Positions 20,155 through 31,262 of a stretch of DNA of 64,000 bases are shown here, piece by piece; position 1 is the first letter of the stretch, and the number at the start of each line of letters is the position of its first letter. Source of the stretch: an uncultured Phycisphaerales bacterium (lineage in GTDB: Bacteria; Planctomycetota; Phycisphaerae; Tepidisphaerales; Tepidisphaeraceae). The DNA lies in NCBI GenBank assembly GCA_963755915.1, contig CAVWLP010000003.1, positions 1,024,001 through 1,088,000 on the forward strand. Reading direction: 5' to 3'. A program made the position numbers and the translations under genes. The notes under the pieces are model-generated. The model had not been told where the DNA came from and ran no database searches. It saw only the letters and a list, made by a program, of their open reading frames with translations.

Positions 20155-21768
20155 TTATGGATGTTGTTGGCTCGGTGCGGCTTTTTTGGGTGGGCAATCT
20201 CGGTGCTCGCCGAGTAGGCGGAAGGAGAGCTTTTCGACTCGGAAACAGAGGGGGTTGGCTTTTGGGGCGATGGCGTTGGCGGCGTTGGACTCGATTTCGC
20301 ATCGCATCGGCTGGCAGGATTCCAAGGGGATGTTAAGGGTGATTTCCTGACGGACGATGCAGCCGTTCCAGGGCTGTGAACTCATCGCGCGGTCCTGAGG
20401 GACGCAATATTGGAGCATTCGCTGCCAGCTTCCGAAGCAGTCTGTCCATGGGGGCGACAAGGGAGGCATGTCGGAGGGAGTGAAGCGGGCGGTGACGTCG
20501 GGGGCGGTTCCGGTGCCCGGGACGATTTGGAGGTTGATGGTTCCGTCTGGGTGGCGATCCATTTGTGCGTGTTGGGGGACGTGCATGGGGATGTTTTCGG
20601 CGAGCAATCTGGCGGCGAGGGCGTAGAGGGGGCCGGCGATTGTGATCGTCAGAAACTGGATTCCCCGTTTGCCTGAGACGGGGTCGTAGACGTGAATGCG
20701 CCAGTTGGATTGGATCGGACTTCTGAATAGTTTGCGCAGGGGGCCAAGACATCGGGGGCCGAAGTGGCCGTGGCGGAAGGTGAGAAAGGTGAAGAGGGCG
20801 TAGCGGCCCTCGGGGCCGAGGCGTTGCAATTGCAGGGGACGATCGACAAAACCTTCGACTGATTGGGCGTCGACGAGATAGTTTACGTAGATCACGTCGG
20901 TGATGTCGCTGTCCATTGGGAGAGCGGGAATGAGGCCGACGAGTGCGCGGGCGACACGGCTGTTGGCGAGAAGATTCCAGGACCAGGGGAGCAAACCGGT
21001 GGCGGGATAGCGGGCGAGGGCGTGGCGGCCGTAGGAGGTGACGGGCCGGCGGCGAAGTAAGACGATTTCAGTGATGCTGGCGAGCCAGATCATTAAAAAG
21101 ACGAATCCGATGGCGTTGCCGGCACCGACGACTGCGGTGAGCCATGGTGGGCGGGTGAATGAAGCGGGAAGGAGTGCGACGACGGTTGCGATTGCGAACA
21201 TGGGCCAGACGGAGGATGAGATCCAGGTGAGGCGGCGAGACCACATTCCGGAAGCGGCGAAGGACCAGGTCCAGCCGAGAGCGGCGAGGACGTATCCGAG
21301 GGTGGCGAGGCCGGCCATGCGATAGAAAATTCGGGATTCGAGAGCGGCGTAGCTTGTAAAGTCGAGAAGCGATATCGCGTGGCGGGCGGCGGCGGGTCCG
21401 TCATATACCCACAGGAATTGGCCGCTGAGATCGGCAGTGTTGGCGGCGGCGGTGACGATGAAGGTGAGGATGGCGGGTAGTTTGGGGATCCAAGGGGAGC
21501 AGCAGAGGGCGAGGGCCAAAATCAGATCGGAGATTGCGGTGACTTGCCAGGGAATCCATCCGAGCCGCCAGATGTAGGGGTGTTGTGCGACATAGCGTGC
21601 GCGGTCGGCGAGGTTTTGGGAGAGGCCGCCGGGCACGCCGGGGAGGAGGGGGAGCATGGCAATCATGGCGGCGCCGTGGGCGATGAGGGTGAAGAGGAGG
21701 GCCCATTCGAGGAATTGGGCGGCCATTTGTGGGGCGGGTTGTTGGGGGGTTAGAGCGGGAGAGTCCAT
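20155..21768 (-). CDS. Membrane protein fused to a DUF2071/acetoacetate-decarboxylase-like domain
   Basis: About five TM helices (WRLGWIPWQ) followed by DVIYVNYLVD..QSNWRIHV..RGIQFL. Confidence 0.6.
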   Translation of the reverse strand: MDSPALTPQQPAPQMAAQFLEWALLFTLIAHGAAMIAMLPLLPGVPGGLSQNLADRARYVAQHPYIWRLGWIPWQVTAISDLILALALCCSPWIPKLPAILTFIVTAAANTADLSGQFLWVYDGPAAARHAISLLDFTSYAALESRIFYRMAGLATLGYVLAALGWTWSFAASGMWSRRLTWISSSVWPMFAIATVVALLPASFTRPPWLTAVVGAGNAIGFVFLMIWLASITEIVLLRRRPVTSYGRHALARYPATGLLPWSWNLLANSRVARALVGLIPALPMDSDITDVIYVNYLVDAQSVEGFVDRPLQLQRLGPEGRYALFTFLTFRHGHFGPRCLGPLRKLFRSPIQSNWRIHVYDPVSGKRGIQFLTITIAGPLYALAARLLAENIPMHVPQHAQMDRHPDGTINLQIVPGTGTAPDVTARFTPSDMPPLSPPWTDCFGSWQRMLQYCVPQDRAMSSQPWNGCIVRQEITLNIPLESCQPMRCEIESNAANAIAPKANPLCFRVEKLSFRLLGEHRDCPPKKAAPSQQHP

Positions 21769-21831
21769 AGTTTGTTTTTCGGCGAAAAGTGGGGGAGGGG
21801 ATTATTGGCGGAGGAAATAGGCGGGGGGAAT

Positions 21832-21857
21832 CGGCGAGCAAGCTCGCCGGCTACACG
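21832..21857 (-). repeat. GTAG-type REP family B, copy 1
   Basis: CGGCGAGCAAGCTCGCCGGCTACACG, identical to 28648-28673. Confidence 0.8.
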
Positions 21858-21870
21858 GGGGAGTGGGGGC

Positions 21871-23898
21871 TTAATGTATTTCAGGAGAATGGTGATCTGC
21901 GGTTGGGGTTTGGCGGTAGATGAGCATGTCGCCGTAGTCGAGGATTTGCGTGGTGTTTTGGGAGGGGAATTGAAGGGTGGTGTTGGTGTCGATGAGGAGG
22001 TGGAGGGTGGAGGAATTATCGATCGTACATTCGGCTTTTTTGGTGATGTAATAGACGGTGTGGGGCGGGGCGGTGGGGTCGGAGGTGATGACAACGCGGG
22101 TATCATCGACGTGCCGGTAGGACATGAAGGAGTAGTTGAGGCGGCTGTCGCGCTTAAAGAAGAGTTCCTGGGGTTTGAGGGGTTTATGGGTGACGGGGTC
22201 GAGGAACGTGGTTCGGTACCAGAGGTAGAAGAAGGTGGGCTCCTGGACGCTGGCGCTGGTGATGACGGTGTCGCCTGGGCGGAGGAGGGGCTGGAGAAAT
22301 TCGGCAGCGACGGCGGCTTCGGGGAATTGGGAATAGACCTGTGCGGGATAAGAGGCGATATAGCGGGTAGCGAGGGTCGCGGCGGCGAGGAAGAGTGAAG
22401 CGAGGAGAACGGGACGAACGGGTCGGCCGACCAGGTCGAGCAGGAGGGTGAAGCCTGCGTCGGCGAGGAGGATGAAGATGGGGACGAGGAAAATCCAGGT
22501 GCGCGGGAAGGGGATGCGGTGTTGGGCGAAGAGAATGACGGCGGAGCCGAGGAGGGTGAGGGGGAGGAGGAGAAACATGGGCCATTGGCGGCGGACGGCG
22601 GAGGCGAAGAAACCGGCGAGGAGAAAGAAGGCGAAGACGGCGAGGGTTGCCGGTGGGATGTGGTCGGTGATGGTGATGAAGGTGTCGCGCAGGTGTGAGG
22701 TGAGTTGATGCAGAAAATCGTTGAAAGGCTGGGGTTTTACGAAAGTGTTGTGGACGATGCCTTGGAATCCGTTGGAGACGATGACGACAGGGGTGTAGAA
22801 GAGAGCGGTGAAGGCGAAGGTTAGGCCGGCGAACGGGGCGGCGAAGTGGAGGAGGATGGAGCGGAGGGTCCAGGCGCGCGTCAGTAACAGAGCGGCGATC
22901 CAGGTGAAGAGGCCGGCGACCATGAAGAGCATGGAGGGCATGGTGAGGAGGCCGAGGGCGGAGGCGAGGGAGATGAGGGCGAGGAGCGGGGGTGTGGGGT
23001 TGGTGAGGTAGTGTAAGCCGAGGAGGACGAGGAGGAGGGTCAGGAGGACGACGAGGGAGTAGCCGCGTCCGTTGGCGGAATAGAGGATGAGGAAGGGCCA
23101 GATGGCGAGTGCGGCGGCGGAGAAGTAGCCGGAGGGGGCAGGTTTGAAGGCGCGGGATAGCTTGAAAATGAGGGGGGTAGAGAAGAGGCCGCAGAGGAAA
23201 GCGGGTAGGCGGGCGGCGAAGGGGGAGTCGCCGAGGATGGACATGGAGATTTTTTCGAGGAGGGTGTTGAGGACGTGATTGTTGGGGACGAAATATTCGA
23301 GGATGAACGGGAATGGGGAGAGGACCTGGAAGAAGGTTCCAGCTTCGTCGCATTTCATGGGTGCGGCGAGGTAATAGGCGCGGGCGGCGGCGCCGATGAG
23401 CAACGCGATCAAGAGGCAGAGGGTGCCGGTTTGGGGAAGTAGACCAGCGTTCAGGCGGGCGCGGAGCATTTTGACGGCGGCGCGCGGGGCGGCGAGGAGG
23501 TGGGCGGCGAGGATGGGGAGGAGCGGGGAGCCAGATCGGATGCAGAGATAGCTGATGAGGGCGAGGAGCTCGGAGGAGATTCCGTAGAAGAGGCCGAGTT
23601 GGAAGAGGCCGGGGGAGCGTTTGGACCAGAGGGGGGAGTGATGGAGGCCGTTGAGGAGGGCGAGATGAATTTTCGGGGGGGTTAGGGCGAAGAATGCGAG
23701 ACCGAGGAGGGAGAGGAGGATTGGTTCGAGGAGGAATCGGTTGCGGGGGATAGAAGCGGCGGCCTGGAGTTGGTCGGTTTGCGTCGTGAAACCTGGCGCG
23801 CCCATGTGGGAATCCCTGAAGTGAATCACGCGGCAGCGCGTGATTGGGGGGATTATACATGGGACCGGGGGGCGGGCAATAAATTTGCGGTGAGGCAT
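21871..23898 (-). CDS. GT-C fold (ArnT/PMT-like) membrane glycosyltransferase; start uncertain
   Basis: DEAGT, PNNHVLNTLL, ARLPAFLCG, YSANGRGYSL and many TM segments. Confidence 0.72.
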   Translation of the reverse strand: MPHRKFIARPPVPCIIPPITRCRVIHFRDSHMGAPGFTTQTDQLQAAASIPRNRFLLEPILLSLLGLAFFALTPPKIHLALLNGLHHSPLWSKRSPGLFQLGLFYGISSELLALISYLCIRSGSPLLPILAAHLLAAPRAAVKMLRARLNAGLLPQTGTLCLLIALLIGAAARAYYLAAPMKCDEAGTFFQVLSPFPFILEYFVPNNHVLNTLLEKISMSILGDSPFAARLPAFLCGLFSTPLIFKLSRAFKPAPSGYFSAAALAIWPFLILYSANGRGYSLVVLLTLLLVLLGLHYLTNPTPPLLALISLASALGLLTMPSMLFMVAGLFTWIAALLLTRAWTLRSILLHFAAPFAGLTFAFTALFYTPVVIVSNGFQGIVHNTFVKPQPFNDFLHQLTSHLRDTFITITDHIPPATLAVFAFFLLAGFFASAVRRQWPMFLLLPLTLLGSAVILFAQHRIPFPRTWIFLVPIFILLADAGFTLLLDLVGRPVRPVLLASLFLAAATLATRYIASYPAQVYSQFPEAAVAAEFLQPLLRPGDTVITSASVQEPTFFYLWYRTTFLDPVTHKPLKPQELFFKRDSRLNYSFMSYRHVDDTRVVITSDPTAPPHTVYYITKKAECTIDNSSTLHLLIDTNTTLQFPSQNTTQILDYGDMLIYRQTPTADHHSPEIH

Positions 23899-23951
23899 GG
23901 GAGTGCTGGGGGGGATGCTGGGGGATGGAAAATAAGTAAGATGGCTGGGAC

Positions 23952-24962
23952 ATGAGTGAGAAAAAATTGAGAGCGGGAGTGATTGGTTGTGGTCGGATGG
24001 GGCGGCTGCATGCGCGGGTTTATTCGCAAATGCAGCAGGTTTCGGTGATGGGGGTTTTTGATGCGGATGGGGAGGCGGCTGCGGGAGTGGCGGATGAGTT
24101 TGGGGTGCCGCATCGAAAGACGCTGGAGGAATTGCTCTCGAATGTCGATGCGGTCACCATCGCGGTTCCTACGAAATTTCATTTGAGCATTGCGGAGCAG
24201 TGTCTGAGCCGGAAGATCGCTTGTTTGATTGAAAAGCCGCTGGCGAAGGATGTGACGGAGGGGCAGCGGATCGTGGAGCTGGCGAAAGAGAACGGGACGA
24301 CGGTGCAGGTGGGGCATATCGAGCGGTTTAATCCGGCGATCCGGGCGATGTCGCGGTTGAAGATCGAGCCGAGGTTTCTGGAGGTGACGCGGATCAGCCC
24401 GATGACGTTTCGGAGCATCGATGTAGGCGTGGTGCTGGACATGATGATCCATGACATCGACATCGTGCTGTGGCTGGCGAATTCGAAGGTAACGAAGGTC
24501 GATGCGATCGGGGTGAGCGTGATCGGGGACGTTGAAGATATCTGCAATGCGCGACTGACGTTTGAGAACGGGTGCGTGGCAAACCTGACGGCGAGCCGGC
24601 TGGCGATGCGGACGGATCGGCGGCTGCGGGTGTTCAGCCCGGATGCGTATGTTTCGATCGATTATCAGAAGCGGCATGGGACGGTGATTCGCAAGGGAGG
24701 GAATATCGACGCGGTGCGGGAGGCGGTGGCGAAGATCCGGAGCGGGGAAGTGGAGGATCTGTCGCAGCTTGATTACAAGAGTTTGGTGCATTTTGAGGAA
24801 TTGCCGATTGACGATGTGGAGCCGCTGAGGGCGGAGCTGGATTCGTTTGTGGAGGCGGTGAGGGGGAGGAGCAGGCCGCTGGTTACGGCGGAGGATGGGC
24901 TGCACGCGGTGGAGGTGGCGGCGCGGATTGTGGGGATGATTGGGGCTAGGACGTTGGGGTGA
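23952..24962 (+). CDS. Gfo/Idh/MocA family oxidoreductase
   Basis: GVIGCGRMG, EKPLA, VGHIERFNP, DMMIHDID. Confidence 0.92.
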   Translation: MSEKKLRAGVIGCGRMGRLHARVYSQMQQVSVMGVFDADGEAAAGVADEFGVPHRKTLEELLSNVDAVTIAVPTKFHLSIAEQCLSRKIACLIEKPLAKDVTEGQRIVELAKENGTTVQVGHIERFNPAIRAMSRLKIEPRFLEVTRISPMTFRSIDVGVVLDMMIHDIDIVLWLANSKVTKVDAIGVSVIGDVEDICNARLTFENGCVANLTASRLAMRTDRRLRVFSPDAYVSIDYQKRHGTVIRKGGNIDAVREAVAKIRSGEVEDLSQLDYKSLVHFEELPIDDVEPLRAELDSFVEAVRGRSRPLVTAEDGLHAVEVAARIVGMIGARTLG

Positions 24963-25007
24963 GCAAGATTGCCGATTGCCGATTGCCAATTGCTGAATTA
25001 AAGGCGA

Positions 25008-25047
25008 CCCCCTCCCCTGCCCTCCCCCGGGGTACCGGGGGCGGGGG
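25008..25047. repeat. REP family D
   Basis: CCCCCTCCCCTGCCCTCCCCCGGGGTACCGGGGGCGGGGG. Confidence 0.8.
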
Positions 25048-25070
25048 AAATTCAAAATCCCGTCCCGTTT

Positions 25071-26527
25071 TTATTCCTTAGACCATTGGGTGTAATTCTG
25101 CATGGCCATGTCTACGACCATGTCGATGTTGCGGTCGACTTGGTCTGGGTCGGTGGGTTGGACGATGTCTTCCATTTGTAGTTTTCGCATTTCTTCGTCG
25201 CGGCGTTGCTGGATCTGGAGGTCGCGGAGGTGGCGGGTGATGGTGTCCTGGACCTTTCGGTCGGCGAAGGCCTTGGTGCCGCCGGTGTCGCGGATGAGGA
25301 CTTTGAAGATGAAGTAGGCGTCGTGGTCGGCGATGACGTCGCTGATCTGACCGACGGGGGTTTTCCAGACGGCGTCTTCGACGTTGGTGAGGACGAAGGT
25401 GTTGGGCTTGATGACGATCTGGCCGCCGTTGCCCTGGTCGCCGACGGCGCCGGGGAGATCGTTGTCGGTTCGGCCGTACTCGGCGAAGTCTTCGCCGGCG
25501 AGGGCGCGGGCGCGGATTTTTTGGAGCTTGGCTTTGGCGGCGTCCTCGTCGCCGTTGAGCTTGTCGGGGTCGGATTCGATGAGAATGATGCTGGCCTGGG
25601 CGGGGGTGGTGAATTCGTCGATGTGGGCGGCGTAGTAGTTGCGTTCGTCATCGGCGGTGATGTCGACCTGGGGGTAGATTTTTCGGATGAGATAGAGGCG
25701 GTAGAGCCACTGGTGGTATTGGTCTTCCTCCTCGTCCTGGAAGCTTTCGCCGAATTGCTGGGCGCGGAGGCGAGCGACCTGTTCGGCGCCACCGACTTCG
25801 GCGACCTCGTGCTGCGCCCAGAGGCTGGTGAGCTGGCGGGCGAGCTGGATGTCCTTGGGGTCGAGGCTGCGTTCGGCGGCGGCGGCGGCGAGCTCGTCGT
25901 CGGTGAGGTTTTTGATGGTTCGTTCGATTTCGACGCGAGCGGCTTCCTGGAAGTCGGCGCGGTCCATTTCCTTGGCGTGCTTGCGGAGGGCGCTGGAGGC
26001 GAGGCGGAGGACCTTATCGGCGTAGATGGGATTGCCGTTGACGACGAGGACTACGCCGCCGAGGGTCATGTACTGGTCAGTTTCAAGGGAGGAGATTGGA
26101 GAGGGGTTGGTGGTGGGGACGGGAGGGCCGAGGGCGGAAGGGAGGGTGGTGGGGATTGAGGAGATGGGTGGGAGTTCGCCGACGGTGACGGGGGTTGCGG
26201 TTGAGGAGAAGGCGGAGACGTAGGGTGGAGCGTTGGATTGGCGCGGGCGTCGGGGAGGGAGGGGATTACGCCGGGCTGGTCGAGGGGGGCGATGGGGTTG
26301 GCGCCTGTGGGGGCGTGGCGGGCGTAGAATTCCTGGCTGGAGATTTGCTGGGGGCCGTTGGAGGAGCAGGAGGAAAGGCAAATCAGCGCTGTCAGAAGCA
26401 GGATGTTTGGGAGCGAGTGCAAGCCGAAGTATTTGACTGTGATTTTTTTCAGGCCCTCACCCCTACCCTCTCCCAGAGTACTGGGCGAGGGGGTAAGAGG
26501 GGGAAGTCTTTTGGGGGAATTAAACAC
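25071..26527 (-). CDS. Parvulin/SurA-PrsA-like peptidyl-prolyl isomerase lipoprotein; frameshifted, start uncertain
   Basis: Lipobox LSSC; VVNGNPI, GEDFAEY, VGQISDVI..YFIFKV. Confidence 0.78.
26454..26493. repeat. REP family D variant
   Basis: CCCTCACCCCTACCCTCTCCCAGAGTACTGGGCGAGGGGG. Confidence 0.7.
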
Positions 26528-26536
26528 AGTCCTATT

Positions 26537-27328
26537 CTATCGCGCTGGTTGGGTTGCGGCGATGCGGGATTGCCAATCGTTGTCGGAATCGAATTGGACG
26601 GCGCCGTGGGCGAGGGCCCAGGGGACGAAGCCGTCGGGGGGGTTGCGGCAGGCCTGGATGTTGGCCATGAGGATGGATTGGATGGATTTCCAGTTGGAAA
26701 GATTGCTTAAGTCGGCGTTACGGAGATCGGCCTTGTCGAGGATACAGGCGGTGAAGTCGGCGCCGGCGAGGGTGGCGCCGTTGAAGTCGGCGTTGGTGAA
26801 GTCGGATTGGGCGAATTGAGCATTGCGGAGGTCGGCGGCGCGGAGGTTGGTGTAGATGAGGGTGGAGAGAGGGGCGATGGCGCTCTTGAGGTTGGATCCG
26901 CGCATGTCGGCGCCGCTGAGATTGGAGCGGGCGAGGCGGGCGCCGGGGATTTGGAGGTTGTGGAGGAAGGCGTCGGTGAGGTCGACGCCGACGAGATCGA
27001 CGTTGTCGGCGTTGAGGTCTTGCAGGGCGTCGATGCGGCCACCGCTGCCGCCCTTGCCCTGGGCGGAGTTGATGACCTGCCAGGCCTGGAAATGTTTTTG
27101 CTCGCGGCGGTCGTGGGAGCCGGCGAAGTAAAAGATGACACCGACGAGGATGCTGAGGGTGCCGCAGTATTCGAGGACTTCGAGGAAGACCCACCGTCCG
27201 AGGAACCAGGCGGCCCATTCGGAGAGCCATTCTACGGCGAGGAAGGGGAGGAGGAGGCGGTATCGGACGCGGTAGCGGTATTGCGCCCAGGGGGAGGGAC
27301 GGTGAGGCTCTTTGAAGACGTAGGGCAT
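26537..27328 (-). CDS. Membrane-anchored pentapeptide repeat protein
   Basis: A(D/N)LxG-type repeats (ARLAR SNLSG ADMRG, ADFNG ATLAG ADFTA); N-terminal TM; GSGGRIDAL. Confidence 0.88.
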   Translation of the reverse strand: MPYVFKEPHRPSPWAQYRYRVRYRLLLPFLAVEWLSEWAAWFLGRWVFLEVLEYCGTLSILVGVIFYFAGSHDRREQKHFQAWQVINSAQGKGGSGGRIDALQDLNADNVDLVGVDLTDAFLHNLQIPGARLARSNLSGADMRGSNLKSAIAPLSTLIYTNLRAADLRNAQFAQSDFTNADFNGATLAGADFTACILDKADLRNADLSNLSNWKSIQSILMANIQACRNPPDGFVPWALAHGAVQFDSDNDWQSRIAATQPAR

Positions 27329-27339
27329 GGCGCTGAAGC

Positions 27340-27481
27340 GAAATTCGAAACTCGAAATTCGAATGACGAATCAAATTCGAAATTCGAATGACGAAACATG
27401 GAGCGGGAACATCGCGATTATTGTTTCGAATTTTGGTCATTCGAGTTTGATTCGTCATTCGAATTTCGGGTTTCGAGTTTC
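27340..27481. repeat. Inverted pair of heptamer-periodic arms
   Basis: Left arm GAAATTCGAAACTCGAAATTCGAATGACGAATCAAATTCG..; right arm is a near reverse complement. Confidence 0.8.
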
Positions 27482-27486
27482 CAGCC

Positions 27487-28614
27487 TCAACCTCTCATGG
27501 TTTCGGGGTCCAGTCCTTGCTCATGGCACCATCTTTGGTATTCGATGGGCGAAATCTCGCTGGGTTTGATTTCGCTGCGGCCGCCCCAGAAGACGTTGGT
27601 GTAGGAGACGGGGATTCCTTCTTTGGCGAGATGGTCGTCGATGGCTTGTTTGTGGGCGAGGAGGAGGTCTTTGTCGGTGCCGTGGGCGACGCCCATGACG
27701 TTGACGTTGTTGAATTCGGGGCCGCCTTCGCGCCAGTAGGCGTGGGTCATGATGTGGAAGCGGCCGACCTGTTTGCCGGCGTCGATTTCGCGGCCGGGGG
27801 GGACGGCCCAGTGGAAGAGGGCGTTGAAGCGGGTGACGCGCTGGCCGTCGGCGAGAGGTTTAACGTGTTCGAGGAAGGTGGAGAAGCGGCCGATGACGCC
27901 GTGGCGATTCAAATCGTCGGCGACCTGGTAGAATTCTTCGGGGGAGACACCGGCCTCGGCGGCGCGGGGGGTCCAGAGGTCGGTGGAGATTTCTTCGGGG
28001 GTGAATTCGCGCTTGAGGGCGACGAGGACGCGCCATTGGAGGTCGGTGAGGTGGACGATGCCGGTTTCGATGACGTCGGCGGGCTCGTCGGCTTTGCTGC
28101 CGGGCTCGATGCCGCGGCGGCGGACGTGGCCTACGCCGAGGACGAAGAGGCGTTTGGCGGGCATGAGCTTGAATTGCTCGGCGCCGGTGCGAATGCAGAG
28201 GTGGCGGCAGTGGGCGTCCATGGAGAAGCCCTGGGGGACTTTGAGGGTGGTCCAGAGGCGGTATTTGCTGCCGGCGACGGCGGAGTCGGTGCTGCGGATG
28301 ACGACGTGGCCGGAGAAGGGGTCTTGCTGGAACATCCAGTCGAAGGCGGAATTCAGTTTTTCGGGGGGGACGACCCAGGCGACGAGGGCGCCTTGGGCGA
28401 GGTTGGTGGCCAAGAGGGTTTGGCGGACGCGGCGGATGATGCCGGCGCGGAGCATGGCGGAGATGCGGTCGATGATTGTGTTGGGGTCGAGGGCGGTTTC
28501 TTTGGCGATTTGGGCGATGGGGTTGGGGGAGAAGCCGGGGATTCGATCCTCGGAGATTTCGAGGATTTTGGCGTTGATGGGGTCATTCAGAGAGGTTGGG
28601 ATGGTTTGGGTCAT
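27487..28614 (-). CDS. Duplicated Lrp/AsnC-fold protein, siroheme decarboxylase (AhbA-AhbB / NirDL-type) fusion-like
   Basis: Two HTH+RAM halves: GIIRRV..ALVAWVVP..GHVVIR and GVIGRF..NALFHWAVP..THAYWR. Confidence 0.65.
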   Translation of the reverse strand: MTQTIPTSLNDPINAKILEISEDRIPGFSPNPIAQIAKETALDPNTIIDRISAMLRAGIIRRVRQTLLATNLAQGALVAWVVPPEKLNSAFDWMFQQDPFSGHVVIRSTDSAVAGSKYRLWTTLKVPQGFSMDAHCRHLCIRTGAEQFKLMPAKRLFVLGVGHVRRRGIEPGSKADEPADVIETGIVHLTDLQWRVLVALKREFTPEEISTDLWTPRAAEAGVSPEEFYQVADDLNRHGVIGRFSTFLEHVKPLADGQRVTRFNALFHWAVPPGREIDAGKQVGRFHIMTHAYWREGGPEFNNVNVMGVAHGTDKDLLLAHKQAIDDHLAKEGIPVSYTNVFWGGRSEIKPSEISPIEYQRWCHEQGLDPETMRG

Positions 28615-28647
28615 ATTTGGTTGCGGCGAGGCTTTTGGTGTTCGTCA

Positions 28648-28673
28648 CGGCGAGCAAGCTCGCCGGCTACACG
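28648..28673 (-). repeat. GTAG-type REP family B, copy 2
   Basis: Identical to 21832-21857. Confidence 0.8.
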
Positions 28674-28777
28674 GACTATCCGCGTACACGGGTTTTGTTG
28701 ATCTCGGCGGGGGATTATGTAATCATAATTGTTTGAAGATGTCACGCCGCCGAGAGTGAAATCACGCGAGGAAACTG

Positions 28778-31219
28778 ATGTACGAACCGAGCACACAGGG
28801 TGAACCGTCGCCCGAAGCAAATGACCCGGAACAGGCGCAACCGCTGATTATTACGTTGCCGGATGATCCGGCGTCGAAGAAGGATTGGTATTTGTGGGCG
28901 GCGGTGCTGGGGCTGGTGGCGCTGGTGGCTTTTTGGCCGGCGATTGATGGGACGTCGTTTTTGTGGGACGACGATCAGTACGTTACGCAGAACAAGGCGT
29001 TGGATGATGCGGCGGGGCTGAGGGATATCTGGAAGATTCCGCCGGGGACGGTTCAGTATTATCCGCTGAGCTTTACCGTGCTGTGGGTGGAGCATCAGTT
29101 CTGGGGGGATAACCCGATGGGGTATCGGGTCGTGAGCCTGGTGTTGCACGCGGGGGCGGCGGTGGTGCTGTGGCGGCTGCTGCGGAGGCTGCGGCTGCCG
29201 GGGGCGTGGGCGGCGGCGGCGATCTGGGCGGTGCACCCGATGCAGGCGGAATCGGTGTGCTGGATCAGCGAATGTAAGAATGTGCTGAGCGGGTTTCTGG
29301 CAATTTCGGCGGCGGTGTTTTATCTGGAATATGCGGGGCTGTGCGATCCGGAGTCTGCGGAGAGGGTTTGGAAACTGACGGAGGACTGGCAGGCATATCT
29401 GATTGCGCTCGTGCTTTTTGTGCTGGCGGTGCTGGCGAAGACGGCGGTGGTTTTTGCGCCGATCGCGGTGCTGGCGGTTTTGTGGTGGAAGAAGAGGTTG
29501 AATGTTGCGCGGCGCTGGCGGTGGTGCCGATGCTGATTGTGGGGATTGGGCTTTCGCTGGTGACTTCGTATTTGGAGACGGATCCTGAGGGGAAGATTCG
29601 GGCGTCGGGATCGGAGTGGCGGTTTTCGTTTTTGCAGCGGGTTTTGATTTCGGGGAGGGATGTCTGGTTTTACATCGGGAAGCTGCTGGCGCCGATTCAT
29701 CAGTCGTTTGTTTATCCGCGGGAGGTGCCGGACGTGCATGATGGGGTGCAGTGGGCGTTTGCGATCGCGGCGGCGGCGATTTTGGCGGGGCTGGCGTTGT
29801 CGGTGAAGCGGATTGGGCGCGGGCCGGTTACGGCGGTGATTTGCTATCTGGCGCTGCTGTTTCCGGCGCTGGGATTTTTTGATGTGTATCCGTTCCGGTT
29901 TTCGTTCGTGGCGGATCACTTTCAGTACCTGGCGGGGATTCCGATTGTGGTGGCGGGGGTTTGGGTGGTGGCGTGGATATTGAGGCCGCTGTGGCAGAGG
30001 GGGGCGACTGGCGAGGCGGCGAAGCCGTCGGCGGCGATAGCGGTGCTGGCTTCGGCGCTGCTGGTTGTGCTGGGGGCGACTTCGTGGATTCGGGCGACGG
30101 TTTTCGAGGAGCCGGAGAATCTTTGGCAGGACACGGTGGAGAAGAATCCAGAGAGCTGGCTGGCGACTTACAGCCTGGCGAAGGTGAAGCAGGCGGATGC
30201 GAGCGAAGGGTTTGACGATGCGGCGCGGATTGCGGAGCAGAATGACGTCAATGACTCGCAGCTTGCGGCGAAGGATGCGCTGAGCCTGCTGGATGATTCG
30301 GATCATCTGCTGAACGAGACGCTGGCGAATCCTTCATCGCCGGATGATGTGAGGTATAAGGCGCTGGACCAGTTTGCGGAGAATGACATCACGCGGATGA
30401 GGACGCCGGATGCGAATGCGGCGGCGCTGCTGGAGGAGGCGGAGAATAAGTTGAAGGCGGCGCTGACGTATGAGGAGGCGCAGAACGATCCGCTGCCGTA
30501 TTACACGCTGGGGATAGTGGAATTGAACCGGCGCAGGAACTGGAGAAGAGGCTGGGGGCGGCGACGCGGGGGTCGGAGGTGAAGACGGTTGGGAAGGCGA
30601 CGACGCGGCCGTTTACGGCGCGGGAGCAGGAGGTTGTGGATCTGCTGAAGGCAGCGCGAGACGAGTTCCGCAAGGCGGGGGAGATCGCGGAGGCGCAGAA
30701 GGATTCACCGACGATCAGCCCGGAGGGGCGCAAGTGAGGCCGCTGGCGGCGCTGCAGACGGGGAACATCGACTGGTCGATGGCGCAGATGGCGCAGGAGC
30801 ATGGGAATAAGAGGATGGAAAACGAATTTAGCATGGATGCGCAGAGCGATTATGAGCTGGCGGTGAAGCTGAATCCGGACGATCCGGACAGCCGGTATAA
30901 GCTGGCGGTGGCGATGGAGAACCTGGGGCATTTCGCGGATGCGCGGGAGGAGCTGATGGTGATTTTGCGGGACCTGAATCATTACGATGCGCGGGCGTAT
31001 AACGAGATCGGACGAGTGATCCTGGAGAGCGGGCCGACGAACATGGAAGAGATGGATGCGGCGATCGAGTCGTTCCGGGACGCGATTCAGTTGAATCCGA
31101 ACCTGGCGGAGGCGCAGAGGAATCTGGCGCTGGCGTTGAAGATGAAGGCGGGGGCACATGCGACGACGCAGATGAGTGCGACGGCGCCGTCGGTGAAGGG
31201 GATGGCGACGAGACCCTAA
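28778..31219 (+). CDS. TMTC-like GT-C membrane glycosyltransferase with TPR tail, paralog 1; frameshifts near 29510 and 30535-30735
   Basis: FLWDDDQYV, YYPL, VHPMQAESVCWISECKN, VADHFQYL, followed by TPRs. Confidence 0.78.
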
Positions 31220-31220
31220 A

Positions 31221-31249
31221 CGCGCACCCCTGCGGGGTTGCGGCTAAAC
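31221..31249 (-). repeat. REP family A, copy 3
   Basis: CGCGCACCCCTGCGGGGTTGCGGCTAAAC. Confidence 0.75.
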
Positions 31250-31262
31250 ATGATAGGGTGAA

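Noticed and set aside
27340-27481. CRISPR array
   Set aside because: Repeats are 7-nt periodic and inverted, with no unique spacers and no cas genes
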